DNA of 64,000 nucleotides, taken from positions 42,284,001 through 42,348,000 of the forward strand of contig OX597830.1 in assembly GCA_951406725.2 (NCBI GenBank), given 5' to 3'. Within the stretch, counting starts at the first letter, position 1, and the number at the start of each line of letters is the position of its first letter. This document shows positions 27,197-42,449 of this stretch, one piece after another. Origin of the DNA: Octopus vulgaris. Taxonomy: Eukaryota. Below the pieces are notes generated by a model. It made no database searches and was not told where the DNA came from. It was given only the letters and a program-made list of their open reading frames with translations. A program made the translations under genes and the position numbers.

Positions 27197-27756
27197 AAAT
27201 GCCCTGATGCAGTACCAGGCAGTGGCTCTCATGGCTTCTGATCTTAACTGATTGGAAGTGTTATCATGTACATTGTTTTGTCTTGGTATAAAAGATGGGC
27301 TACAGCAAATATTCTGCTCAATACCACAGATTTGCTTGTCAGTTGTTTGACCGTAACCAGTTGAGCATGTCCCTTAGTGGCTGACGATATGTGCATCTCT
27401 GATCACGAGCAGAAGTAGTGGGGGAGCATCATGGCCATGTGTTGGGGGGATTCTTTGGGGTTTGAATAATTCACCTCTGAAAACATGGGTGGTTCTTTCA
27501 ACATCCTTAAACAACCCTTATTCAGAGACCTTTTGAGCGGGATGGGCTACTCAACCTGAAGAAAATTCTAACTGGGTCCCACCTGCAAGGTCATGTGCTG
27601 TTTATCTTGATATGAGATCACCATGTCGCACACATATGGTTGTGAAGCATGTGCCTGGTGTACCTTTATCAGACGGGTAGTCATGATGGGTATATTGGGC
27701 TTCGTATATTTTACCCCAGTGTCACTTTGATGGCATGCACTGCTCTCTCACTCAAT
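27197..27756. mobile_element. Unclassified ~560-bp non-coding element inserted in a (TAA)n array
   Basis: Sharp boundaries with (TAA)n on both sides, higher GC than the flanks, no convincing ORF or TIR. Confidence 0.55.
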
Positions 27757-27805
27757 GATAATAATAATGATAATAATAATAATAATAATAATAATGATGA
27801 TGATG

Positions 27806-27849
<44 letters not shown>

Positions 27850-28043
27850 CATCATCATCATCATCGTCGTTTAACGTCCGTTCTCCATGCTAGCATGGGT
27901 TGGACGGTTCGACCGGGGTTCTGGGAAGCCAGAAGGCTGCACCAGGCTCCAGTCTAATCTGGCAATGTTTCTACAGCTGGATGCCCTTCCTAACGCCAAC
28001 CACTCCGTGAGTGTAGTGGGTGCTTTTTACGTGCCACCTGCAC

Positions 28044-28077
<34 letters not shown>

Positions 28078-28099
28078 AATAATCATTCTTTCTATTATA

Positions 28100-28560
28100 G
28101 GTACAAGAGCGGTGGAGTCAGAGACTAGCAAAATCCTCTGGGATTTCCCAATCCACACAGATCAGGTGCTAGAGCATAATAGACTGGACCTAGTGGTGGT
28201 TGACAAGGTGCACCATATATGCTATATAGTTGACATTACATGCCCCTTTGACTCACGAATAGTCAAGAAGGAAAGCGAAAATATATAAATACAACCCTCT
28301 TAAGTACGAAATAGCTTGGCTATGGAAAATGAAGGTGAAGATAGTCATCAGAAGGCAGCAAGGGGAATATAAAGGAAATTGGAAGAGAGTTCCCAGTAGA
28401 GCTGTTGCAAAAGGTTTGCCTCCTTGGCATGGCCAGAATAATCAGGGAAGTATTAGATAGGTGAAGAGAATAGACAGCATGGTACTGTAGGCTGCAGGTA
28501 GTAAAGCCACTAGCATTCATGACTCCAGGAGTTCCAACAAAACCTGTAATAAAAAGAAAT
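28100..28560 (+). pseudogene. R4/Dong-type non-LTR retrotransposon 3' end (restriction-like endonuclease)
   Basis: KILWDFPIHTDQVLEHNRLDLVVVDK..CYIVDITCPFD..KKE, the RPD..D..P..K RLE motif; ends in (TAA)n. Confidence 0.85.
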
Positions 28561-29119
28561 AATAATAATTCTTTCTAGTATAGGTACAGAGCCAGTACTT
28601 TTAGGGGAATGGGTTCAGTTGCTTTCATTGACCCAGTGCTCGCTGTTGGTACTTATTTTATCAACCCTGAAAAGAGTAAAGGCAAAGTTGACCTTAGTGA
28701 CATTTGAACTCAGAACATAAAGATGGATGAATGACCACTAAACATTTTGCCCAGCTCACCGCCTCAGCAATAATGACAATAATAATCCTTTCTATTGGAG
28801 GCACAAGGCCTCAAATTTGTGGGGAGGGGACTAATCATTTACATTGACCCCAGTGTCTCACTGGTACTTAATTTGTCGACCCTGAAAGGATAGAAAGCAA
28901 AGTGGACCTTGGCAGAACTTGAACTCAGAAGATAGTGGCAGACAAAATGCCACTAGACATTTCACCCTGCGTGCTAATGTTTCTGCCAGTTGATCACCCT
29001 AATAATAATAATGATGATGATGGTGGTGGCGGCAGTGGCGGTGGCGGTGGCGGCGGCAGTGGTGGTGATGATGATGATTATGATGATGACAACAACAACA
29101 ACAATAATAATATTAATAA

Positions 29120-29700
29120 TAGAGTTGGGACCTACATACACTGGAAGTTATGCCAACACTATGGAATAACAACAGAAAAAAGATGGTATAGGCACACACC
29201 AGAAAAGGTCACAAAAAATCAGAAAGCAACAATACTATGGTTTATTCCAATACACTCAGATAGAGAAATTAAGGCCAATAGGCCAGATATAGTTGTCAGA
29301 GATGATCAACGAAAAAAAAAATGCTTTCTAATTGATGTATCAATACCAACAGATGACAATGTTTCTCTAAAAGAAATGGAGAAACTTTCAAAATACAAAG
29401 ACCTGGAAATAGAGGTAACTTGAATGTGGAGTCTAAAAACAGAAACAATTTCTATCATAGTAGGCTCATTAAGTATGATAAAAAATATTTAGACAAATAC
29501 ATAACGAAAACACCAGGACTTACAAGTATATATTATATACAGAAAATATCACTACTAAGCACTGCACACATCCTACTTAAAACACTTTCAGTACAGTAAC
29601 CATAAGAGCATCACAGCAAACCACAGCACATATCCAAGGCACACAGAGCTGCACTCAGTAGTGAAGTGAAAGCACATTATAAAAATAAGACTACTGAATA
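29120..29700 (+). pseudogene. R4/Dong-type non-LTR retrotransposon 3' end (RLE domain + 3' UTR)
   Basis: YIHWKLC..KRWYRHTPEKV..ILW..DREIKANRPDIVV..CFLIDVSIP..EKLSKYKDL; both ends lie in (TAA/CAA)n. Confidence 0.9.
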
Positions 29701-30705
29701 ACAACAACAACAACAACAATAATAATTGTTTCTAATTTAGGCACGAGGTCAGCACTATTTAAGGACAGGGGTTAGTCAATACTGTTATTTCAAGTACTTC
29801 AGTGGTACTTTATTTCATTGACCCTGAAAGAATGCAAGGCAAAGTTGATCTTGGGATTTGAACTCAGAACATAAAGAACCAGAAGATACAGAATAAAGTA
29901 TTTTTTGCAATACTGTGATGATTCTGCTAATGAACTATCCCTAACAGTATTAAGGATATTAATTGCTTCTAAATTTAGGTTCAAGGACAATAATTTTAAG
30001 GAACTGGAGTTGATACAATTAACCCCAGTACTTGACTTGTACTCTTTTTTATCAACCTCAAAAGGATGATAGGCTAAGTCGACCTTCTTTCTTTATTGCC
30101 CACAAGGGGCTAAACATAGAGGGGACAAACAAAGACAGACAAAGGTATTAAGTCGATTACATTTACCCCAGTGCATAACTGGTACTTAATTTATCAACCC
30201 CAAAAGGATGAAAGGCTAAGTCAATCTTGGCAGAATTTGAACTCAGAACAAGGCAGACAAAATTCTAAAGAGTTAAGGCCGTACCCCAGCATGACTGCAG
30301 TTGAATGATTAAAACAAATAAGATGAAGAAAAAACAGACGGTCTGAATGGCTAAAATAGCTTTTTCAAGCTTCATTATTCTGTTGCTGTTAAAAAGCTTA
30401 GGTTCTCCCTCTGCCGAACAGAAAAATACTCATTTAAAATATTGGTTTCAGATTTTAGCACAAATTCAGCAATTTCTGGGGAAGGGTTAAGTTGATCACA
30501 TCTACCTCACTCCCCCCAGCATTCAAGTGGTCCTTATTTTATCAATCCTGAAAGGAAGGAAAGGCAAAGTGAACCCTGGTGAAATTTGAATTCAGAATGT
30601 AAAACTGAAAGAAATGTCACTAAACATTTGGTCCAACATTCTGAAAATTTTACCTAGGTTTTCATCATAAGTAAGAGTAACAATGAAGATATTTGTAAAA
30701 GGCGG

Positions 30706-30830
<125 letters not shown>

Positions 30831-31262
30831 AGGATCAAATTTGAAAGAATACTTCTTTTAGAAAACAAATCAATAAGATTAAGGAAGGTGAAGGATATAA
30901 ATATTCCAGTGTAACAGAATGGTGAAGAGGAGAGAGAAGTTGGATAAAAAATAATCTGGAACTAAACTGAAAGAATATTATTAGAGATCAACATTTAGAC
31001 ATTTCACTGTTTATTTTCAGTATTTAACGTTTATGGTGAAGGCTGGATTTAACTTGTATGTCATGTGACTTATGAAGAAATCAAAGATTTGACCAGTAGA
31101 TAGCTTGGTTGTACTCTTCTGATGTCTGTTAGGAAGGGGAAAAGGTACAGATTCCTGTTTTATTGTTTGAATTTGGCCACTCTTGTGTTCTACTGCTTGT
31201 GGTGTTTCCATAGAGGACTTAATTATTGAGTTTAAGACTTAGCATTTGTATACGTATACACA

Positions 31263-31294
<32 letters not shown>

Positions 31295-31502
31295 GAGTTA
31301 TGGCATATTCTGTTAAGAACATAGTAGAGTACAGTATAAAGCTTGTCCACCTTTAGATTTCACCCTGTGCTATCTAGAAGTAGTATTTTACGTACTTCCA
31401 AGTTTGCATTTGGGTACCTGTCGTGTGTGAATGGATAATTGAAAAAACTGCAGTCGAGAAAAGGGAGTACAGTCAGACATTTATTTTTTAATCACTACAA
31501 TT

Positions 31503-31721
31503 ATTAGAAGGTGGTGAGCTGACAGAAACATTAGCACACCGAGCAAAATGCTGAGAGGTATTTCATCTGTCTTTATGTTCTGAGTTCAAAGTCAGCTAAG
31601 GTTGATTTTGCCTTTCATCCTTTCGGGCTTGATAAATTAAGTACTGGTTGTGTACTGGGGTTGTTCTGATTGACTAACCCTCTCCCCCCAAATTTCGGGC
31701 CTTGTGCCTAGAGTAGAAACG
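31503..31721 (+). mobile_element. SINE family A with 13-bp TSD
   Basis: AATCACTACAATT at 31490-31502 and 31722-31734. Confidence 0.9.
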
Positions 31722-31723
31722 AA

Positions 31724-31827
31724 TCACTACAATTGTTTCCATGCAATGTAGTTCTTGAGCCATGCAGGTACTTGATTAAACAACCACTTTCCTGCATTAT
31801 AAAATCTAGTTGTGTTTCCTCAGGTGA
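31724..31827 (-). ncRNA. Type I hammerhead ribozyme-like motif (long, decayed stem II)
   Basis: Minus strand tcac-CTGAGGA-~75 nt-GAAAC-AATT-GTA-gtga: stem I tcac/gtga, palindromic loop III, GUA cleavage triplet. Confidence 0.6.
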
Positions 31828-32159
31828 CATGTAAATATTGTCTCTGTAAGTTAAAAATCCTCAACTTCAAGAACATTCTCTGTCTGCCGAAGCCTGAATT
31901 TAGTAGAAAATTGTAAATTGTAAATTATTTTTCAATTATATATATATGGAAAGCGGACGTTAAATGATGATGATGATATATATATACAGGTGCAGGAGTG
32001 GCTGTGTGGTGAGTAGCTTGCTTACTAACCATATGGTTCTGGGTTCAGTCCTACTGTGTGGCAGCTTGGGCAAGTGTCATCTACTATAGCATTGGGCTGA
32101 CCAAAGCCTTGTGAGTGGATTTGATAGATGGAAACTGAAAGAAGTTGTATACATATATG

Positions 32160-32860
32160 GTAGAATTCACCCGATTTTGACTCGAAAAATTATTCCATTC
32201 AAGCTCTCAATTCTGCATCAGTAATGAGCAAAACTCTGCGCATAGCATTTGAAAGAGATCAAAAAGAGGTTGAAATCCATGGGTGCCAAATCAGGAGAGC
32301 ACAGCAGGTGTGACAGCATTTGCCAGCCATGCGTTTGAATGGCTTCCTTGGTCATATTGGCAATATGAGGGCGGGCGTTGTCGTGCAGTAGAAGAACTCT
32401 ATGCTGCTGATTAGGTCTTTTCTCTTGAATAGCTGTATTGAGTCGTTCCATCTTTTGAACACAGAGCTCCGCGTTGACCGTTTCATTCCATTCAAGCAAT
32501 TTGTAATGGATAATCCCTTCCCAGTCCCACCATAAGCACACCATTGTTTTACGCGGATGAAGATCTTGTTTTACATGCGGTGTTGCTTGTTTACCTGGTC
32601 TAAGCCATTCCTGACGCTGCTGCATGTTGATGTACAGGTACCGTTTTTTGTCGCCAGTAATGATTCGTTAAAGAAATCGTTGCTTGTGTCCATGAGTTGA
32701 GCGGTGACGAGCAAGCAAACCAGTAGAGATTGTGGCTCGTTGATTTTTGCTGTCGTCACTTAAAGTATGCAGAGCCCATGCTCCATGCTTTTGAACCGTT
32801 TTCATCGAGTGAAGATGCTTCTCTATAACAGTGTCGTTTTGAGAATTTTCATCAAACAAA
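32160..32860 (-). pseudogene. Mariner (DD34D) transposase internal fragment
   Basis: GAWALHTLS, LWWDWEGIIHY, LLHDNARPH, CSPDLAPMDF; same family as 50707-51995. Lies between a family B head (31988-32150,+) and a family B copy (32860-33165,-). Confidence 0.9.
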
Positions 32861-33219
32861 TCAACCCCAGTAGTTATTTTTTTAAGCCTGGTACTTATTC
32901 TATCAGTCTCTTTTGCTGAACTGCTAAGTTACAAGGACATAAATACACCAACATCGGTTGTGAAGTGATGGGGACAAACACAGACACAAAGACACACACA
33001 CATGGATATATATATGATGGGCTTCTTCCAGTTTCCATTCACCAAATCAACTCATAAGGCTTTGGTTGTCCCAGGGCTATAGTAGAAGGCATTTGCTCAA
33101 GTTGCCATGCAGTGGGAATTGAACCCAAGACCATGTGGTTGGGAAGCAAACTTCTTACCACAACCGTGTCCATTGTTATAATACCTTCCTCCCATACTGG
33201 CAAGGGTTGGACGGTTTTA

Positions 33220-34535
<1,316 letters not shown>

Positions 34536-35004
34536 CCTCCATTAAGAAACTTTGTAAAATGCTATATTCACTTCTGTGCCAGTGACACGTAAAAGGCACC
34601 TGTGCTGGTGACACGTAAAGGGCACTTGGTACACTCTGTGGAGTGGTCAGCATTAGGAAGAGTATCCAGCTGTAGGAATCAAACCAAAACAGACTGGAGC
34701 CTTGTGCAGCTATCCAGCTTACCAGTTCCAATCAAACCGCCCAACCCATGCCAGCATGGAAAGCAGATGCTAGATGATGATGATGATGATGTAGTGAAAA
34801 CATTTCATTCTTGATACTGAAATTAATGCCATTATCTATATAACATGAATTTTCTAGCCAATCAGGCATGTCAGAGCCAAATTAATTTATCGACAAGTAG
34901 AAAATATATTATATTTTTCTGTTCTGCAATTATTTTAGAATAAAACCATCTCGTTAATTCGTTTTGCATTTTGTCTTTGGTCAAATTTATATTTTCTACA
35001 AATT

Positions 35005-35220
35005 ATAGTAAACCATAGTAACTGGTTGGATGTGATATATGAATCAATGATTCTGTCATGGAATTCCTAATAAACCATAATGACTAGTTCAATGTGATCT
35101 ATAATAAATCAATGATTGTCATAGAAGTCTTCGTAAAATCATAGTAACTGTGTGAATGTGGTGTATAAATCAACAATTCTTCTATAGAATTTGAAATAAA
35201 TGATATTAACTGGATGAATG

Positions 35221-35282
<62 letters not shown>

Positions 35283-35390
35283 ACACAAATCAACCAGTTG
35301 CAGAATACCTAATAAAACAGTAACTGGATGAATGTGGAATATAAATCAATGATTCTATTGTAGAATAACTCATAGAAACTGATGAAAATA
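35005..35390. repeat. Diverged ~60-bp tandem repeat interrupted by (GT)n
   Basis: Unit AAAcCATAGTAACTGG.TGaATGTG..aTATaAATCAATGATT at about 35010, 35072, 35135, 35200 (partial) and 35314. Confidence 0.75.
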
Positions 35391-36719
35391 TCACCATCAT
35401 CACCTCCTCCACCACCACCACCACCACCACCACCACCTTTATCTTAATCAACATCATCATCTTCACCATCATCATCATCATCATCATCAACATCATCATC
35501 ATCATCATCATCAAGATCATCATCATCGTCATTATCATCGTAATGTTGTTTTACATCTGCTTTTCATGCTTTCTCTCCTATGCAGGAGAGCAGCTAGATC
35601 CTGGCCACTCATGCCAGCATGGAAAGCAGACAGAAAAAAAAAAATGATGTAAAGGATGAAAGGGGTTTACAAATCTATTCTTCTGTCATGTCAACTTTTC
35701 TACCAAATTATATCTCATCATAGTTAAGAGTCAGATTCAGGCATAAGCTAATCAATTTAGGGCCTCACAATTCCCTGACTTCTGTGACTGGAGAACAGTC
35801 ACAGAAAAGAGACTCCATATGATCCGTTTCACTTTGATGTCTGCAGTTTGGTCAGACCCAGTGCAGAGTTAAGACAATTTCATTTGCAGCATATAGACTC
35901 CAAGCTCTTTGATAAATTCTAAGCTGGTTCCATCTTCATCTCCGGTATCTGTGGATCATTTACCAGTCTTCAACTTTTTGCCATGACTGTATTTGGTTAG
36001 ATTCTTTGGAAACATCAAAAGAACAGTGAATATTATAAAACTTCTTTCTTTATTTTTACTATAGATGATTCATGGCTGTCTTTCTTGAGAAGAACACTCT
36101 AGAATAAATAATTTCCTGTATCATAAAAAACAAAGCATTGATGTTGGTGTTGCTGCTGCTGTAGTGTAAAAAAGCACTGGTGCTGGTGTCACATAAAAAG
36201 CACCAGTGCTAGCACTCAGTATGTTCTGCAAAGTGGTTGGCACCAGGAAGGACATCCAGATGTAGGAACCGAGCCAAAATAGACTGTGGAAACTGATGCG
36301 GCCCTTGGCCTTACCACTTCCTGTCAAGCCATCCAACCCATGACAGCATGGAAAACAGACATTAACTGATGATGATGATGATGATGACTATGACAACAAC
36401 GACAATGACCTTGATGATTATGAGGATGACGATAATGATGATGATGATGAAATCCTAAGCTCTTTGGGTAACACATAGTTAGGTTTGGCATTGTGGAAGC
36501 AGAATCGGTTAGAACAAGGCTGTACTGTGAATGTTTCTATCATGGTCCAGCATCATTCAATAATCTTGAACTCAGTACTGCAACTTAATGAAACACTCAC
36601 CAACTTTAAAATTATGTCACTGATGATAGCAATAGACTGATCCTGCGCATGGTGCCAATCAGGGCCAGATTAAAACCCATAGAAGCCCTAAACACTTAAA
36701 AGATTTGGGTATCCCCATA

Positions 36720-36955
36720 TTCTTTCTTTCTTTTATTCTTTTATTTGTTTCAGTCATTTGACTGTGACCATGCTGGAACACCGCCTTTAGTCGAGCAAAT
36801 CGACCCCAGGACTTATTATTTATAAGCCTAGTACTTATTCTATTGGTCTCTCTTGCCGAACCGCTAAGTGACAAGGACGTAAACACAGCAGCATTGGTTG
36901 TCAAGCGATGTTGGTGGTGGTGGGGGGACAAACATAGACACACAAACATATACAT

Positions 36956-36987
<32 letters not shown>

Positions 36988-37163
36988 TTATATATATACA
37001 CATATATACGAAGAGCTTCTTTCAGTTTCCGTCTGCCAAATCCACTCACAAGGCTTTGGTCGGCCCGAGGCTATAGTTGAAAACACTTGTCCAAGGTGCC
37101 ACGCAGTGAGACTGAGCTCGGACCCATGTAGTTGGTAAGCAAGCTACTTACCACACAGCCACA
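36720..37163 (-). mobile_element. SINE family B
   Basis: Full-length reverse-complement match. Confidence 0.85.
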
Positions 37164-38242
37164 CAAAATTTTCAAAATGAAACAAAACTAACAGTAAGAT
37201 GGAAAATAATGTTTGTTTTTGTATTCTTCCTCTTTATTTATAATTGAAAAGTTTTCTCCTAATTATTTTTCAATGGCAAAATCTTTGATCAGATCCTCTC
37301 TATGACATCATGAAAACTTTGAAATTATATTTCCAATTGTATAAACCGCTTTGAATATTATTTTAGTAAGTTTAATGTGATTTCTTTTGTGCTGTGGTGC
37401 CCCTTTCATTTCTGTGGTGCCCCTCCTTCCCTTGATGCCCTAAGCACATGCTCATTTTGCTTAATGATTCATGCAGTTCTGGGACCAATTAATGATCCAA
37501 TGATCCAATGAGAATTATGCATTGCAGCAGTAGACACACCAAAGTGCTGTAGTTCTGCTAATTATTGCAGACTCTGCATCACTTGCTGTGTAACAACCTA
37601 GCAACTCAACCAGTTTTGATCATATGATAGTTGTTGTTGCTATTGTTGTTGTTTAGCCCAAGGTCTGTCCTGTCTGAGCAAACCTACTTTAATCAAAGGT
37701 GTTCCAGCCATAACTGTTATGCCTTTTTAATTTCTTTTTTTCGGTAGGGGGCATCGTATATGTCTTGTACTTCATTATCTTGTACTTGTACTTTATTATC
37801 CAATATGCCCCTTCTTCTTTTTTTGGAAGGGACAGTGTAATGAGAAAGTTTTGGCTGTTGTTTCTAGTAGGGTTAAATGATTGCCAAATGGCTCCCTTGT
37901 TAAGTTGATAGCTGTAGGTAAGCTGTACAGGTAAAGAAATCACCTGCATGGCTATAAAAAAGTTAATTATTATATTGCAAAATGTTCACCTTTCTGATAA
38001 GAAAATTAATTTTCATCAAAGAAAAGAATATCGTTAATAACAAAAATTGCACTTTAAAGAATAGTGAGGGAGAATGGGGGAGGGAAGGATCGGGAGGAGG
38101 GGGGAGGGGATGGGGAGGAGAGGATGGGGGAAGGATGTGCCCGTGTCTGAATCTGAATATATCTCATCAATCTGCCCTCGTCTGTACCAACAAATGTCTC
38201 ACAATATATACATGTACATACATACATACATACATACATACA

Positions 38243-38325
<83 letters not shown>

Positions 38326-38608
38326 GTATATATATATGTATAAATATAGATGCACATATATATATGCACATACACATAAAGACATATGGACATACATATA
38401 TATGTGTGTGTGTATGTGTGTATGTATGTATGTATGAATATATACACACACACACATACACACATACACACAAGGAGTGAAATAGAGAAATTTATTCCTG
38501 GTAGCATCTTAAATCAATAACTGAAAGCTATAAATGTAGGTAGTTTTTTTTATTGATTTGGGAGAGAAATTCTTTTTTTATTAAAGCATTCACAGAAATA
38601 CACACATA

Positions 38609-38669
<61 letters not shown>

Positions 38670-38677
38670 TCTTTCTC

Positions 38678-38711
<34 letters not shown>

Positions 38712-39959
38712 TACACACACACAATACATTTGCATATGCATCCATAACACATGCTTAAATCTAGACACAAACATTTCTTTTTTTTTTACATACTGAGAAT
38801 AATTGGTTTGAGATACACACACACTTTCACACACATACACACACATATAAACCTAAAAAAATAAATGAAAAATATTCAGAAAAAGCGTAAAGATAAGAGG
38901 AACGTTTTTTTATAGGATACTATTGCATACTTAGTAATAAATAGTTGCTAGAAATAGCTTTGGAATTTTGATGTATGCAATTAGCAAAATTTAGAAATTA
39001 TTTCATTTTTGTCATTATTTCATACAATAGGTTGGTAAAAGGTGACTGAAAGAACAGGGCATCAGACTAAATGCTGTGTGTAGTATTTAGATTTATCCTT
39101 TCTGATCTCAAGTTCAAATTCTGTTAAAATGGCTCCATTTTGCAATTTCTAATTAAAACTCTGAAGTTAAAAAAAGCTAATGATTTTTGATGTTTTATTT
39201 TTTAAATCACAAAATATCCAGATAGCTTGAGCTTACCTTTTTATCTTTAATTTCAGTAATGGTAAATTAAGGCAGCAAGCTACCAGAATTGGTAGAAAAT
39301 TAGAAGAAATCTAAAGGTTTATTTTTACAGTATTTTGGGGTTTTTTTTTTGAATTCCACCAAGGCCAACTTTACCTTTCATGTTTTCAATCTGTAGAATA
39401 CCTTGCTCAGTACAAAATTCAATGTTGCCGCTCACTCTCTCTCTCTTTTTCTGTCACTTTCTCACTCTCCCTTCTCTCCACCTCTCTCACTTAGTCTCTC
39501 TCACTCTCTTTCTTAATCTCTCTCACTTTCTCTCTCTTTTAATCTGTCTCATTCTCTTTCTTTCTCTGGAAGAAATTAGTTGTTGTTTGACTTGGAGAAG
39601 GATGCAATTCTCCAAGTTGAGGCACCAACTTTATGTTGTGACAGGGAAAATGAATGGACTCATTGGATAATATAACCTGACCTATCACAAAGAATGGACG
39701 CTCATGGCTGGAATATCTTTTATCAGAGGTTTGCTTAGTAAAGGTTAACCAGGGTATTTTTCATGTTTTATAGAAATGAATTGACCAATTTCCTTAAATT
39801 ATGGCATAGGAATATCCTGTTGATGAGATTATGTGAGTACACACACACACACACACAGACACACTCATATATATGTATATACATACATGTACAGACACAT
39901 ACACACGCACACATAGATAAATGATAGAAAATGGAGGGAATGACTCTCTTTATTTAAAG

Positions 39960-40060
39960 TCACTACAATTGTTTTGACAAATTTTTACACTTTAGTACGT
40001 TGGTGAGATGTTGTGTACTCATTATCATTCATCCAAAGTGGAAAATATGCCTCCTCAGGT
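39960..40060 (-). ncRNA. Decayed hammerhead-like motif
   Basis: Minus strand CTGAGGA-GGCATATTTTCCACTTT...AAAGTGTAAAAATTTGTC-aAAAC-AATT-GTA-gtga; G12 changed, consistent with CpG decay. Confidence 0.5.
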
Positions 40061-41199
40061 TTTGGCAAGTTTGGTAAGGTTTTTACAACTGGATACCCTT
40101 CTGAATACCAGATTGCTTAAATATTAAGCTGGGCCACAAGTCACACACCAAAACAGCTGACATCTCATTTATATTATATTGTTACCACCACCACCACCAC
40201 CACCACCACCATCATCATCAATTTTGTTCATCATGTACAAGTACATGTGTATTCAATTTTTTAAAAATTGAAGCATGTCTTTGATAATTCCAGAGTGTAT
40301 TGAATTTATTTTGTGTATGGCTTTTGGTCCACTGTGTGGTACTGAAAAGTTCCTGGTTTTGGGTAAAAGAAAAATACAAAAGGATCAGTTAATTGTGATT
40401 TTATTCAGCAGGGAAATTAATGAAAGTTAGCAAAGTTTTACATCTTCTAAGTTTGACAAACTGGCTGCTGCTGATGAGGAGAAGACTGGCTGCAACTGAT
40501 AAGGACCATGAGATCTTCATATGTAAACAAGAGATGGTTTGAGAGAAACATTTTTGCCACCCATTATTACCAGGAAGGTCCTGAGGGTAAAGTCCTCAGG
40601 CATCTCTTTCATAGGGTCTTATCAAAAGGAACTTTGGTGAAGGAAAGGAGAGAAGTGAACGATATGATTTAGATAAGTTGAATAAGCACTGATTTATTCC
40701 ACTCTTTATAAAATAGGATTGCCAATTATATTACAGTCTGGAAGAAGAATTTAAATGACTTCAGTTCTGCTGGGTCTGTTGATGTGGCTATGGACTGCTG
40801 TCTGTTGCAGTAATGATGAAGACTAGAGAAGGCTGGTTGAAGAAAGCTGTGAGACGGGCTGGATTTCTGGTTCACCAAAGCTGGTCCAAAGAGACGTGGT
40901 ATGCATGGTTAATGACGGCTGTCAAAGACCTAGAGAGGCAAAGCACAAGGGTTTTTATAACACTAGGTAGGCTCCAGAGACAAAATGATTTTTCCTGCGT
41001 TTTAAAACAAACTGTTGCAAACATGCAGTTGGACAGTTAGTAACTGACTGATACATACAACTAGTTTAGCAAGTCACTGAATCCTGTGAGTCAATAGAAA
41101 GAAAAGGTTTGTTGAGTCTATTCTGCCGTATTTAAGCTTAAACAACCTAGCATTTAACATTTCTGCAACAGAACCATCACTACACTCTCCAACTCAATT

Positions 41200-41400
41200 T
41201 CCAAGTAATATCAACTGAAACTATTAATTGTATTCAAATATCTCACCCTTGGTCTACCCCTAAGTCTCCTGCCAGTTGGCTCACCACCTTTAATACAACA
41301 TTTTAACTAAATGTCCATAGGACTGGAGCTGTGGCCTCTCAATGTAGGGGAGTATTACAGCCACAACATCTTAAAAGCTGAATGTATTCAGCTGTTGAAC
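41200..41400 (-). pseudogene. RTE ORF C-terminal fragment
   Basis: QLQSYGHL..PTGRRLRGRPRVRYL. A similar remnant lies at 52780-52940 (-) (HTL..ALRW..PGHPKNT.WR). Confidence 0.5.
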
Positions 41401-41828
41401 AGAATTAAAAAAAAAAAGTGTCTGGACCATGGATACAATGCAACAGTGAAAAAAAGCTATGAACCATTATCTTCCCATATCACTGACTAGTAAGCATTCA
41501 AGGTGGGGAGGTTCACAGAATAGCTAGTTGTAATCTAATGATGTCAATTCAATCAACTATACTGACTCCCCCCACTCTTAGAAAAACCAGCCCTGTGATT
41601 ACTTAAAAGATATTATTAAATTAGATTTTGTCATTTATACACCTGGAACTGATAAAACAATGATTATTACTTTTTTTTTTTTTTTTGAACAAACGTAATT
41701 GTGGTGATCTATAAGCAAAAACAGTCCAGCTTCAACTCTTCCATCATTTGTTCTGATATACTCCATAATATATTATAAGAGTATTATAGGGTCAAATGTA
41801 TATTCATCATGCATTTTATATGGTTACT

Positions 41829-41881
<53 letters not shown>

Positions 41882-42278
41882 ATGTATCCGTCCATCTGTC
41901 TGTCCATCAGTCTGTATCTATCTATCTGTCTGTCTGTCTGTCTGTCTGCCTGTCTGCCTGACTGCCTGCCTGCCTGTCTGTCTGTCAATCTTTCTAGCTA
42001 TCTATTGGTTTATCAATTTATGTTTAAATTTGTGTTTTTTTTCTATTTTTCAATCTCTTTCCCTCTTTCTCTCTAACTTTCTGCATTCCCTATATACATT
42101 CACACATACATACACACATACATACACACACACACACACACATACATACATACATACATACACACATATATACATACATACATACATACTTACATACATA
42201 CACACACACTCACATACATACATACATTCATACATACATACATACATACATACATACATACATACATACATACATACA

Positions 42279-42312
<34 letters not shown>

Positions 42313-42449
42313 CAATACACTGAATATGGGGATTTAGTTCACTTGTGATCTAAATGAATAGGTATGCTGGGTAAGTGCTGTAACAGATTATCAGGGCTCC
42401 AAGCTCATAACTGAGACGGGAGTTAAGGCTTCCAATATAACGGATATAT

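Larger units (their letters stand above)
26685..30655 (-). mobile_element. Cluster of about 8 family A SINE copies, all minus strand, among (TAA)n tracts
   Basis: Core motif at about 26685-26898, 26980-27100, 28570-28765, 28785-28998, 29725-29940, 29960-30085, 30087-30265 and 30440-30650. Confidence 0.85.

Noticed and set aside
40430-41040. Possible decayed LINE fragment
   Set aside because: Only a vague RRxxFxxH-like similarity; too degraded to call.
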